Assembly (NCBI RefSeq): GCF_006345805.1
Contig: NC_043000.1
Coordinates: 161,696,001-161,760,000 of the forward strand
Reading direction: 5' to 3'
DNA length: 64,000 nt
DNA from: Octopus sinensis
Taxonomy: Eukaryota
Positions 12,286 to 25,464 of the stretch are shown here, one piece after another (within the stretch, counting starts at the first letter, position 1; every line of letters starts with the position of its first letter). Under the pieces are notes generated by a model. The model was not told the origin of the DNA. It saw nothing but the letters and a program-made list of their open reading frames with translations, and searched no databases. Made by a program: the position numbers and the translations under genes.

Positions 12286-12589
12286 TGTGGAGGCACATGA
12301 CCTAGTGGTTAGAGAGCGGACTCGCGGTCGAGGGATCGCGTGTTCGAATCTCAGACCGGGCGATGTGTGTGTTTATGAGCAAAACACCTGTGCTCCTTGC
12401 GGCTCCGGCAGAAGGTAATGACGACCTTCTGCTGACTCTTTCGCCACAACTTTCTCTCATTCTTTCCTCCTGCATCTTGCAGCTCACCTGCGACGGACCG
12501 GCGTCCCGTCCAGGTGGGAAGCCTATACGCCAAGGAAACCGGGAAACCGGCCCTTATGAGCCAGACATGGCTCGAGAAGGAACAAACAA
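12286..12589 (+). mobile_element. tRNA-derived SINE family C (tail type 1), full length with 13-bp TSD
   Basis: A box TGACCTAGTGG, B box GTTCGAATC, tail GAAGGAACAAACAA; TSD CAATTATCACCAA at 12273-12285 and 12590-12602. Confidence 0.92.
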
Positions 12590-13169
12590 CAATTATCACC
12601 AACAAACATCCCCAACTCCAGACGCTCAAGGAGTTTCCTCAACCAACAAGAAATTGTAGCCGTTTACTCCCTCAAATCACATCTTACTGTCTGGAAAAAT
12701 ATAAAGGATACATCGGATGACGTGACCCGAAAAATACTACGCCAAAAATAAAAAAAACTGAAAGAAGTGGGATAGTCATGGTGGGAATGCCATTTATTAA
12801 AGTCTGTTTGATCAAAGCTGACCATAAGTTATATAATAACAGCAACAAATACCACGATCGTCATACATATATTCCAATTATACCAATCACCACTCCTATG
12901 ACAATTATATCACCACTAGCTTCACCTATAACTACCATTCTGTTATTACGACGTCGTATTGCCTTTGAAACCATACTTGTTCGCACCCGCAATTATGTGT
13001 CTCCGAGACATTTGTTGATGCACACAGCATTGCGCAACATACATTTACACATAAAAACAGACACACATGCACTTAGAGATATATATTCAGTGAAATGCTT
13101 GTATATATATACACATCGACAGTGAGAGTCATGCACAGATGCACATTTACACAAATACATGCACATGCA

Positions 13170-13346
13170 TTGAAGAGAAAGAGAGTGAGAGATAAAGAGG
13201 TAAAATGGTAGAGAAAGGGGGAGGAGAGACGAATTGGTGAAAAGTGAAGTGCGAAAGTGAGAAGGAGGGGGAAGGATTGAATCATAGAGTGAAAGTTCAT
13301 GAAAAATAGAAAAAGGGACAAAAAGAAATTGAGAGAGGGAGAGAAG

Positions 13347-13382
<36 letters not shown>

Positions 13383-14215
13383 AAGGAGAGAGAGAAAGAG
13401 AGAGAGAGAGAGAGGTGGTAAAATAAGAAGGGGATGAAAATATAAGATAGCATGAGAAAGTTAAGGAGAAATATGAGGCACAAAACAAAATTAATGAGAG
13501 AAGAAGGGATAATTAGAAAGAAAGAAATGGGGAAAAGACAGAGAAAATGGTAATAAGGAGAGAATGAGGGGGAGGGAGAGAGAGAGAGGGAGAGACAGAC
13601 AAAAACAGAGAAGGGAGAACAATAAGAAGAGACAGATAAAGTTTGGAAGAAAAAGAATAAAAAAATATAAAGCAACAGAAAGAGACTGACAGGTTGACTC
13701 AGAGAGTAAAAGAGAAAGAGAGAAAGAGACAGAGAGAGAGAGAGAGAGAAAGAAAGAAAGAGAGCAATAGAGAGAGAAAGGAAATTAGAGACAGATAAAG
13801 GAATATCGATAGAAAAAGAGTGATAAAGTTAGAAAGAGAATTAAGGAGAGATATGGGGAAAAGGAGAGCGACAAAGAGGGGAACAACAGAGAAAGATAGA
13901 GAGAAAGATGAAGTGCATGATAGGGGAGATAGTAGTACTTAGGATGAAATAGTGGTAAATAGTGATAGAAAGAGAAAAGTGAAGAAGCAAATTCTGAATA
14001 AATGAAGGTTGAAAGAAGACAGAAAAATTAAAAGAGAGAATGGGGTGAGAAAGAGAAAGAGAGAAGGAGAGAGGGGTGGCAGAGAAATGGAGAGGGAGAG
14101 AGGGGGCAGAAAAAGGGGGAGGCAGAGAAAAGGAAAGGGAGAGTGAGAGAAGGCAGAGAAAGGGAGGGGGAGTGAGAAGGAGGAGGAGATAGATGGTCAA
14201 CTGAGATGTGTTGTG
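13170..14215 (+). repeat. About 1-kb purine-rich (GA-rich) low-complexity tract
   Basis: + strand almost entirely A/G with embedded (GA)n runs; the ORFs on the minus strand are L/S/F-rich artefacts. Confidence 0.9.
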
Positions 14216-14983
14216 GATTTGAACTGACCAACCATGTACTTGCAATAATTTAAATTTTCTAGACTATTAATCTCATTTTCATAACTTTGTCTTTAATGTT
14301 GTTTGTTTCAATTTGTCCAATCTTCATTGCTTCAGAAATTCGGTATTAATCACAAAAAGAAATTACATGAGAGATGAGTTTAATAGTACAGAAAATGTAA
14401 ATTATTGACACAATCACTAATTTCAGAAATATTGACACATTAGTTACAAGTCCAATATTGAATCCATTTTAGGTCATTTTGCCATAGCTTTTACTCTTCT
14501 GGAAAATTTATTAATCAGAGACGAAGATTCAGGGTTACGGGAAATTGTAGAAGTAAATTGTAATTTTGATAACTTTCTATTGCCCATTAATGTAGTGACT
14601 AATTCCAATTAGAATCTCAATGTCAATAGCCTCAGGGGGAAAAATAAAGTGTAATCAAGTCAAAATGGAAGCCTCTATATAGCAGATCTACAATGCTAGA
14701 AATAACAACGAAATCTCCCACAAATCATACCCTACTGTTTTACTAAGGAAAGAAAGTGGGTATTTTGAATAATGTAGTCCTGGATACATTATACCGGAAA
14801 CAAAGTAAACATTATGACAAATTCAAAGGATTTTGGTTACACGCTCACTCAATCAGAGCAGATCTGAGACTAAAAGCAATAACAACTTTACTTGGTAGCA
14901 AGGCTGTTAAGACGTTAGTTGGCATGAATAGAGTGTATTTCCTAAGAATGGGACTCACTGTAGCTTCACTTTAAAGATTGAAA

Positions 14984-15551
14984 TATTGCGTTGTCCGGAA
15001 AGTTCGTGCCGATTTTTAAAGGAAAGAAAAGGGTCAATAAATACTTGCCATTACATTTTTAATCAACCAAATATGAACCATTTTGTTGCCCAATGCGTCT
15101 CCATCTTTCTTTTAACTTGAAAATATCCTCTTCCCAGAATTGAGACGGTTTCATGGCAAAGAATTCATCAAGGTATCTTTTTACGTCATCCAAGGAATTG
15201 AAATTTTTACCATTAAGACTATTCTGCAGAGACCTGAATAAGTGGAAATCCGAAGGCGCAATATCTGGTGAATATGAGGGTGGGTAACACATCCCAGCCG
15301 AGCTGCAGCAATTTTTGTCTGGTTCCCAAATCATCAAGTGCCGAAAATGAACTTTCTTAACTTCCATTTTAAAGGGTTACAGAATTGACACAGGTTATAG
15401 GAACATAAACCTTCTTCCAGGAAAAGATAGCTTAAACTGTGTTCTAAATAGAGGTGTAGTCAAATCCTATTTTATGGACTCAACCATGTTCTAAAATAAG
15501 TCGAAATGTAAGCTGCTATAAATCCGCACGAATTTTCCGGACAACCCAATA
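14984..15551 (-). mobile_element. Internally deleted mariner (DD34D-type) element with both TIRs
   Basis: TIRs TATTGCGTTGTCCGGAAAGTTCGTGCCGATTT and AAATCCGCACGAATTTTCCGGACAACCCAATA; ORF 15059-15367 encodes the mariner C-terminus YSPDIAPSDFHLFRSLQNSL...ERWRRI. Confidence 0.93.
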
Positions 15552-16999
15552 TATCTCAGGAAAGAGAGATTGGAGAGAGAGGGGGAAGGAAAGGAGGGAG
15601 AGAGAGATCAAAGAGTTTTATGAAGACAGAGATTAGTTCTGGGGGAACATTGTTAATGCTGTCACATTGTTAGGACTGGTGGGCATTTTTGTTTGAAGCA
15701 ACTAGGACTTTAGTGCATAATGTAAACGTATGCAATGCAGTAAGCCTTAAGCAGATTTTTCTTGTATGGTGTGAGGAGTTAAATGCAAAGAAGTAAGTGG
15801 GTGTTTGAGAAAAGATTTATGGGAGTACTTAGAACAATCTTTGGATATATAATCATTTTGAACACCTGGGTATGGTGACTCCCATATGCCTTCTTGGTTC
15901 AATAATTTAAAGCTTACAACTCTAAATTTTTTTTAATTTTCAGACAATCAATCGACTGATTAGATTTAACAATGAACCCACCCAAACGCATATCTGAAAC
16001 AGTTATAAGCCTGTAACAAAAAATGTATACAACTCATTATTTCTATCTATTATATATATATATATATATGTGTGTGTGTGGTGTGTGTGTGTGTGTGATA
16101 AACCAGTGTTTTACTGATGCAGTTTGACATCGTCAAATAATAGCTTTAGTACCACACACTGTTTTGTCCCCATTCAATAATGGTAATTCTCGAAGTGCGA
16201 ATCAACTTCGTTTGGTGCAATCACCAAGTAAATCTGAAAAGCAGCAAGTCGGATGGGATATGATTCGATTATCAACTACATTCCACAAAGCCATATAAGC
16301 TTTAAGAGAGTGTGTAATATTCTTTTACGTGTATCAAACCTAAGGATAGTAGATTGAATCTGGCTCATTACAAGTTTATTCAGGCCTCTAGTTCAATTGT
16401 ATGTATAAGACATTATCATAATTTTTTTAGATTGTAAAATCCTTTGAGCAATTTTGGTAAGAAATTAAGCAAGATATGTCAAGTGCTGTTAATGAATGAG
16501 AACAAAGAGGAAAGACACTGTATTACATAGACAGGCTGATCCTGTAATATTTCGGGAAAAATTCTCCTTTTCAAATAGAAGAAAGAAAATAATGAGTTTG
16601 GAGAAATGCATTTTTATTGGTAGGCCATTCTAGTAGTGTTATAACGGAAGGCTGCCTTTTGTTACTCCACAGTAGAAAGGCCAGCCGATAACACTTTTCT
16701 CCGAAAGCTTTCTTTATTTTCTTTTTTCTATTTAAAACGGATATTTTTTTACCCGAACTATAATAGGATCATTAAAAAACCTTTGTAAAGTAAAGTAACG
16801 CGATACTTTCCCCCTTTGTTTTCATTTATTGATATCACATTGAATATTTTGTTTGAATCCTCTCCTGCATTGATCAAGGATCTTTTCAAGCATTTGTCCA
16901 TTTGTCTCATTCATACATACTGCAGTCCTTCAAGCAAGTTGCAAAGTTGCAATACTAGTTTATAATACTTTTAATTATATACATATATATATCAATTTT

Positions 17000-17280
17000 T
17001 CAGAATGGGATAAAAGTCCAAAGCTGTGAAAGATTTTAGAACATTTATAAATAGAAGGTCTTACAGCTGTTTCCAGGATATTTATTATATCCCTTCATCG
17101 GAGACGATGTGAGAAAATGATTAAGCAATAGTTATTTTAGATAAGATATGAAATAGAGAGTGAAGTGGTATACAATGGTATACATATATGGTATTGTGAG
17201 TAAGTTCCAATAGTATTTAAAATTGGTCATTCCAAGCATAGAGTTTGTACACGGCGTTATTAAATCAAGGGTTTTATATA
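17000..17280 (-). mobile_element. Penelope-like pLTR remnant with a decayed hammerhead motif (17057-17105)
   Basis: Minus: GTCT-CCGATGA-AGGGATAT aataa ATATCCTG-GAAA-CAGCT-GTA-AGAC; flanked by TA-rich runs. Confidence 0.55.
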
Positions 17281-19970
17281 TGTATATATATATATATATA
17301 TCAGAAATATTAAATTTCTAAATCTCTCATAGAGAGAAACTATTGAGAGCTGGGGTCGAGTAGAATCGTGATTAACACCGGTTCAGATTAGACAAGTCAG
17401 TCCACTTTTGGGATTTCAATCAATGAAAGAGAAGCTTTTGAAGCTATATACTAAAACACTGTGGTCCATTTGCCCTTCACTTTAGTCTATATACACTAAA
17501 CAAGAGATGTTGTCTTTCAAATGTAAACACATATTCCACATAATCAACATAAATGGATTCTAGCGATATGAACGATATTTAAAAGGGATTTTTTCAGCTG
17601 AAACAGTGCAAGCTTTCTAGCAACCATTGGTCTTCTCAGGAACTGCATGCATTCATTTGGAGAATTTTTGTCTCTAGTCACCTTCTTAGTACACTTAATA
17701 GAACTGTGTATATACCCTATGGATGCGCTTTTCCCCAATATTTCTGCAAGCAAAATTTGATAAATTATATTCTCTTCTTTATTGTGAATAAAGTTGTTAC
17801 AATGTATATTGACCCCTTTATTTGTTTACTTTGGCCTACATCAAGAATAGAGTTTTAAGAATAATTGTTCCCATCCGACCCACGTTATATCTAGTTTGTG
17901 CTTCAATCTAGACCACAAGCCAAAACTGAAGCATTCGACCGGTTCACGAAACAGGCTATTCGAGCAGAAATACATGCTTGTGGCTTCTCAACAATGATGA
18001 GTATAACAAATATAACTATAGTAACAGTGAAAAGAATAGAAATTTTATAAAAAGCTATCTATTTACTCATATGAAAGCTCAAATGCAGCCTAAAGTGTAT
18101 GGATTTGCCGTTGATCATAAATATCTACAATAGGCTTGAATGAAAATGTTTCAGATGAGTTTCTGCTTACTGCATACGTATAAGCAATGTAGTGAATTTA
18201 AACCTTTCGATAAACAGGGATTATCTTTGTAATTAAAAGACAAAATACTCGTTCACCAGTTTTTTTTTAAACTCTAAAAGCAATTAAAGTAAATAACTCC
18301 AATAATATCAGCAAATCTAATTTTTTATTTTAATTACTGTTAGTAAACACCCTACCTTCTCAGAAAAGAGACTACGTATAGTTTCTAATAACTAAACTGA
18401 AAACAAAGATTAATTCTTATACTAGACTACAAAATGACACAACAAATGAGAGACAAATGTATTTCATGGGAAACATTCAGCTGCTCTACATCGTGCAAAA
18501 GAGAATATATTCCTATTTTGTTTAGGATGGGGTCATAACTTTGATTCAACAGACTTGTTATCAAAGGCGTTCAAGTTATGACGCTTAAGTCTTTTTTTCT
18601 TTGTCTTTTTCTTTGATCGCACAAACCTGTTACCAAAAACCTGTAACAATCGCACCGTTTTTTTCTCTTTAATATAAAATTTCTAAGACCACACTATCTA
18701 AAACAGTAAAGTTTAGAGATGACAGGATCTTTCCTCAGCAGTTTTTGGCAGTGTGGATCTCTAACGGCTTTAAAGGCACTAACATTAAAACAAACATGAT
18801 CTTTTACTTCGACAAAAGTCAGCGTATTTATAAGAAATGAGAAATTTTGTGAAGCTGACGCCTCTCAATAGTATAGTAACATAAAGGAAAAGAATTTCCA
18901 ACCACGAACTGATATCACCTTGCCATGTCGATTTATCGAAAAGCCCCTACTTTATAATACTCAGCTTGAAATTCATAAGGTCTGGGCTTTTTTTGAAGGG
19001 AGTAAGAATGAGATGCTGAGATGTTTCTCTATCAGAAAGTGTATACTAAAACAAGAAGGTGGTCTCGAATTGTCAAGATTTAATTTCACAAGAAAAAATA
19101 TTCAGTTTTTGCTTTCACGTTCAAAACCAAATGCTTTAAAGCATGGATACTAATGAGAATAATGTAGACAGAACAAGAATTGCAGAGAGATATACTTCTT
19201 AGAAGGAAACAGTGAAGAAAGTTTCATGTTTTCAAATCGTTAATAAGTAGGGAAAATATGCTATACTTTATGCGTTGAGTAATTTTTTGCGCAGAAGAGC
19301 AAAAACTGTCATTATAGAAGTAAAAGAGAAAGAAGGAAAGCGCTTGGCATCCATGAGCCATCTATTCCATAATGGAGCATAGTGCAGGTTATCCATAGTA
19401 AAAATATAGTAAGTACATAAAAATAATTATACCTGAGTTTTCAACATACATTTTTACATATTGTATAAGATGTATAAGAACAATATTAATTTAAAATGTG
19501 TTCACATTTATTAGATTAAAAGTATTATTTTTACACGTGTGTCATTTCGATTAAAAGATTTTATACAGCGTTTTATTTGAGATAAATTTTGAGTGAAAGC
19601 TATTTACGCTATTGATTCCTTTGCAATTAGAGCATAATTCATTAAATGCATTTGGCTGCATGTCTCAGCAAAGAAATACCTAATTCAATGACATGTGTTT
19701 ACATAGGTGAGGAATTCCTACCAAGCCTTGTCTAAGAATTAAGAGTAGACAAGTAATTGCCACATCCATCGTCTTGTTCTGAGTAAGAAATCTTATCTCT
19801 ATTCAAAGAATAGAAAACGTAAATAAAACTCTGTACTTGAACTCTTTATGTGTAACCCTAAGCCACAGCTAATCTTGCAGACCCATTCGAACTCACTTAA
19901 CTATATTTTGTAAAATTACAGGTAGGAAATTTTATACTTGTTGGTCGTTGTTTTATCAAAAATAAAGATA

Positions 19971-20422
19971 ATATTGGTTTCAAATTTTAGCATAAGAACA
20001 GCAATTTCGAGGAGGGACGAGTCGCTTGCATCGTCGCCGGTACCTAACTGGAACTTATTTTATCGACTCCTAGAGGCTGAAAGGTAACGCCACCTTCGGC
20101 GGTCGGCGGAATTTGAACTCAGAATATAGAGACAGACGAAATGCTGCTAAGCATTTTGCCCGGCATGCCAACAATTCTGCCGGCTCACTGCCTTAGAAAT
20201 AAAGATATTTCATAAGACAGCGATCTGGCAGAATCGTTAGCACGCTGGGCAAAATACTTAGCGACATTTCGTCCGTTCTGAGTTCAAATTCCACCGAAGT
20301 CGACTTTGCCTTTCATCTTTTCTGGGCCTATAAAATAAGTACCAGTTGAGTACTGGAGTTGATGTACTTGACTAACCCACTAACCCAAAATGCTGGTCTT
20401 GTGCCAAAGTTTGAAACCAATA
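19971..20422. mobile_element. Head-to-head inverted pair of family A SINEs (19971-20195 minus, 20213-20422 plus)
   Basis: Both copies have head, core and the ...TTTGAAACCAATA tail; about 17 nt separate the heads. Confidence 0.85.
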
Positions 20423-21009
20423 CTAATATTTCATAAATTAGAAAAGTGAAGTGAGAGAAACTTGGTTGACAGAACATCGGAGCACTATTTAGTTTGTCCT
20501 TCTTTATTCTGAATAGAATAGATAAGTACCAGTTATGTAGTACTGGCTCAATCCAATTGACTTTTACTGCTTTTCTGAAAATTGTGACTTTATACTAATG
20601 TTAAAAATCAATATTTTCATAAAGAAATTGTAGTAACAAAATGCTGTTTTTTTTTAAAAAAAAATATCGATACACATAGCAACATCTGGATATACGTATA
20701 TCATGAGGAAATATATTTACATGAACGTCTTTAAGTAATTGTATAGGAACGGATGAATGTACCTTGAATTCAAGTATACAACCAGACCAGGCTTGCTATT
20801 AGATTAGAAAGCATTTTTGTCATATGCGTATTTATGTTTATACACATATATCACTGAATTAATGTGTATGTTTAAATATGTGCGAGAAATCTCTATAAAT
20901 ATATACATTTGTCGGTGTGTGTGTGTGTGTATACATACATACATACACACACACACATATATATATACACAAACACACACACACATACACACACACATAT
21001 ATACATACA

Positions 21010-21045
<36 letters not shown>

Positions 21046-21051
21046 CGCCAT

Positions 21052-21421
21052 AGGCGCAGGAGTGGCTGTGTGGTAAGTAGCTTGCTTACCAACCACATGG
21101 TTCCGGGTTCAGTCCCACTGCGTGGCACCTTGGGCAAGTGTCTTCTACTATAGCCTCGGGCCGACCAAAGCCTTGAGTGGATTTGGTAGACGGAAACTGA
21201 AAGAAGCCTATCGTATATATGTATACATATATATGTGTGTGTATGTTTGTGTGTCTGTGTTTGTCCCCCCAACATCGCTTGACAACCGATGCTGGTGTGT
21301 TTACGTCCCCGTAACTTAGCGGTTCGGCAAAAGTGACCGATAGAATAAGTCCTGGGGTCGATTTGTTCGACTAAAGGCGGTGCTCCAGCATGGCCACAGT
21401 CAAATGACTGAAACAAATAAA

Positions 21422-21424
<3 letters not shown>
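21052..21424 (+). mobile_element. SINE family B inserted in (CATA)n/(TA)n microsatellites
   Basis: Close match to the other family B copies. Confidence 0.92.
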
Positions 21425-21469
<45 letters not shown>

Positions 21470-21739
21470 CTTTTACTTGTTTCAGTCATATAGGTTATGT
21501 TGTTTAAAATTAAAATTTAGATAGGAGACTTCAAAATGTATGTAAACCTTGTTTTGGGCATGTTCCAAGTGGTGTGCCTTGAGATAACGTTCACTAATTA
21601 CGGCTGCCAGGCGTCACCCGCAGTACTGTACTTTAGTCGTAGCTTATAGGACATTCTGTCTTTCCTATCAATTCTTTAAAATATTTATACATACACAAGG
21701 ACACCTACACATATTCATATCTCACTATTGCATGTATGT

Positions 21740-22585
21740 ATGTATGTATATATGTATGTATGTCATTATTCAGTTTATTTCAAGATTTCTTGCCAATAGA
21801 GTAAGAACCGGTTTCTAACCTACATCCAAGGTTTCCTCATTGGAATTTCAACATCAACAACAGGGTATGTATGTATGTATGTATGTATGTATGTATGTAT
21901 GTATGTATGTATGTATGTATGTATGTATGTATGTGCAGATTTGTATGTTTTATATATGTACTCTCATGCATAGAGTTACATATCTAGACATGTTCATATA
22001 TATTTAAATGATAAACTTCTGGAAAGTTTCACAGATTTCTACAGTTCCAGTGATCGATTGAATTTGTAGCCTTCGAATTAGCTTTTCCCTTTCTGGTTTT
22101 GAGATGCTTAATTTCTCAAGATTGGTATTTAGGCAGTGTGTTACCTATCTCAGGACCCCAATAATTGCGTGTATAAACTTCAGCTTGTAATCTGGATAGA
22201 GTAACTGTAGATTTCTCAATAGTTCAGCATTGGTGTTCATCCGCTGGGCAGCTAATTTCCACAACTGTGCACAGTTTCTCTTCTCTATCCCAAATCATTA
22301 TTTCTAGCCTGTTGTGCTTACATTTTATTGAGGTTTCCACTGGGACATTCCACCAGTATTCCTTTTCATTATGAGTGGCTTTGGCTCCTACCATATTATG
22401 GGTTTTTATTTCTTTGTCTTCGGATATTCCTTCCGACGGATTTCATTATAGAAATTCCTAGCTACAACGTCATGTCTCATCGGTAGATAATACCGTGATG
22501 ACATTTCCGGACAACTGCTTGTGATGTGGGTGATATCTTCAGGGTGAACTCAACAAAGTCTGCATCGGTTGTCATATTTTACGGC
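21740..22585 (-). mobile_element. RLE-type LINE 3' end (zinc knuckle, endonuclease, UTR with (CATA)n)
   Basis: Minus translation CRLC*VHPEDITHITSSCPEMSSRYYLPMRHDVVA, EYWWNVPV, KHNRLEIMIWDREEKLCTVVEISCP, LQLLYPDY. Confidence 0.85.
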
Positions 22586-22612
22586 TTTTCCCGCATCTCT
22601 ATCTCTTTTGTG

Positions 22613-22613
22613 C

Positions 22614-22662
<49 letters not shown>

Positions 22663-22663
22663 C

Positions 22664-22755
<92 letters not shown>

Positions 22756-22757
22756 GA

Positions 22758-22799
<42 letters not shown>

Positions 22800-22800
22800 A

Positions 22801-22875
<75 letters not shown>
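22613..22875. repeat. (TCTA)n followed by (CAGA)n/(TAGA)n tetranucleotide array
   Basis: Direct reading; the two blocks are mutually inverted. Confidence 0.95.
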
Positions 22876-24094
22876 TCATTAGATAAATCGATTGAACAGA
22901 AAAGAGTGCAGGAATTTGCTCGATATCGATTCCTTGACCAACTGAAGTCAAAGTTAAGCAACGTGTCAATAATCTACTAAACCATAAAACCAGGTGTCGA
23001 CAACTTGTATTTTGTTACTACCTATGTTATATGTTTATTTTGCTCAATGGTCTAGCCATCGATTATAAATATGTTTTACGTGGTGGAATTTAATGAGCAA
23101 TATCATTATAACATTAACGGTTGCTCTGTCTGCTCATTGCACTAAGTTGGTGCTTTCATATGATCATGGGCCATGATAAAAGTGTTAAAAGCATGCACAT
23201 TATTTCTTAATCTATCAGCCCCGTTCCAGAGTAGGTTCTAAAATGTTTGAATTGGTCAGTACTCAGTTGGTAAAATGGCTTGTATACTATGTTAAGGCAT
23301 CTACTTTGCTTTCAAGTTACATCCCTGCCAAACATAGGTAGTCGGAGACTTTTCGATAATGAAATTGAAATAACATCTAAGTTAACTGACAGTATATTTT
23401 AAATATGGAATATTTGATAACGACTAAATTCGACCACTAGTACTTTTTCTACATCAGAAACTATTCAAATTTAAATAAATATACTATACCCCATTGTTCG
23501 GGAAATAATTAAAAGACGTATTACAGTGGATTTTCGATTTCGAGTTGCGAAAAAATCTTTGAAATTAGTAATCGAACAAAATCTACTTACACACTGCAAT
23601 GAAGTTTAATTTGTGATGAAGCCTACCTGACCTTATTATAAGCTAGGTGGACTCAGCCAAATTCCTTCAGTGTTACTACCAGCAATTTAACCGTGATTCA
23701 TTTAACACTGGCATTTCAATCAGTTACTGTTTGTTCATACAATAAAGCTTTTAATATTTTCAAAAAGCGTTACCATACAAACCCAACTGAATATTTCCCC
23801 CAACCCTATCTACTCAAAACTGCAGCTCTCTGAATTTCAATTCCCCATGGACCCACTTTTTTATGTGTCTATTGAGGAGACATCCTTGCTGTAGACGCCG
23901 ACATACAAATATTCAAACTGAATCTCAACTCTTATCAGTCTGAGGTGAGACTGCAAATATCAAGCTTACTGCTGCTCTTCCATTGAATTATCTTTGAAAA
24001 TGCAAGAGTGAAAAAAAATACAAAAAACAGAAAACTGTAACATATAACGTCTCCTGATATATATTGACATATTTCAATCTTGTTTCCATTTTAG

Positions 24095-24184
24095 TTCTGC
24101 CCAGATCAGACTTCGAAATCCTTGGCAGCTTTATGATCAGAATAAATGAACACTTTATCCACAGGAATTCCTCGAAGTTAATAA
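24095..24184 (+). CDS. Candidate 90-nt phase-1 cassette exon, (x)LPRSDFEILGSFMIRINEHFIHRNSSKLI(x)
   Basis: Pyrimidine tract TTTCAATCTTGTTTCCATTTTAG, donor GTAAGT, length divisible by 3, open only in the phase-1 frame; no transcript evidence. Confidence 0.4.
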
Positions 24185-24241
24185 GTAAGTTCTTGTTTTT
24201 TTTTTCAAGCATTTGTAAAAATGTCTCTCCTTCACAGACAC

Positions 24242-24289
<48 letters not shown>

Positions 24290-25464
24290 ACACACGCACA
24301 CGCACACATACAACATTATGTATGCTTGTTTGTGTATGAGTATGTATGTATGTACGCGTGCGCGCGCATACTTTTTTCTCTTTCCATTTATATGCTCTCC
24401 TCATAAGAGTGTAGGCTCGAAACGTCAAAGACTCTTTCATTTTTCCTGAGCATCAAACAAATACACTCTGTTGTTCTTTTATCTATCTTGGTTTTTGCTA
24501 CAATTTTGACACACACACACACACATACACATACACACGCACACACACACATACACACGCGCACACATAAATTTGGTGTGTGTTACGTTCCATTATTTAA
24601 TAAATAAAAGAAATGTATGGTAAATAAGCAAATGACATAACAATACTGAGTGAGCAACTGGACGGGAGGCAAACACAGAAGGTCCTTGATTCTTTATCAG
24701 TTGTCAACCAATTGGTAATACTATCATAAAAAATTTGTTAAGACCAGCTGGTATAAAAAGTAAAATTGAATCCGGTAAAACATGAGCTGGCAGTAAAGAA
24801 ACTGATAGTGATTATTTTGGAACTAGGCTGTATGATCCTATATTTTCAAGAAGAAGAACTCAAAACTTGGTAATATCCATACACTCCCCCATCAAGGTTA
24901 TGGCAATGTAACACGAATAAATTGTTTTTTGATATGCACTTAGTCAAAACTTATCTCTTTATCCGCATGCAAAACATCTACATTTTTTTGTGCAACCTCT
25001 AACATTTTACTTTACGCCTAAGGTATGGACAGCCTTTTTCCAGAAGCGAGCTCATCATCAGACAGGCCGCAATGCTAAAAGAACGATATTTTCCTCATGA
25101 AATTAAGCGTGGCATACAGAAAGTCCCTCAGGTGACACGTTGCCCAAGGGTGCTTTACACTGAAACAAATATGAATTTCCTTTGAGTGGATCCAAAATCA
25201 ATTTCTAGCAGAAGCAGATAAAGACGACTTAAATATCATATCGTTTATTCTAGTGATCTCAGCAGAAAGTAAAATGAATTCGATTTCGGTATGACTTAAA
25301 TTTAGAATGTGGCAGCACAAATTGATATTATAATACCATTAGCTGATTTGTTTTTCATCTCATGTCATCCTAATCGAGCAGACTTGTGATCAAAGATATT
25401 CTAGCCTTGAATATCCGGTCTTCTTTTCAAATATATTATATTTAGGACTAAACTATCCAACGAG

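Noticed and set aside
17598-17860. About 85-codon stop-free stretch after TTTTTTCAG
   Set aside because: No ATG, no clear donor, no recognisable motif; compatible with chance.
24395-24435. GAG-loop-CTC-GAAACGTC hammerhead-like half
   Set aside because: The CUGANGA core and helix I are not recoverable (CTCATAA); at best a decayed PLE relic.
25022-25135. Open frame YGQPFSRSELIIRQAAMLKERYFPHEIKRGIQKVPQ after a possible acceptor
   Set aside because: The donor falls at the start of a SINE-like remnant, it is not frame-preserving, and I recognise no homology.
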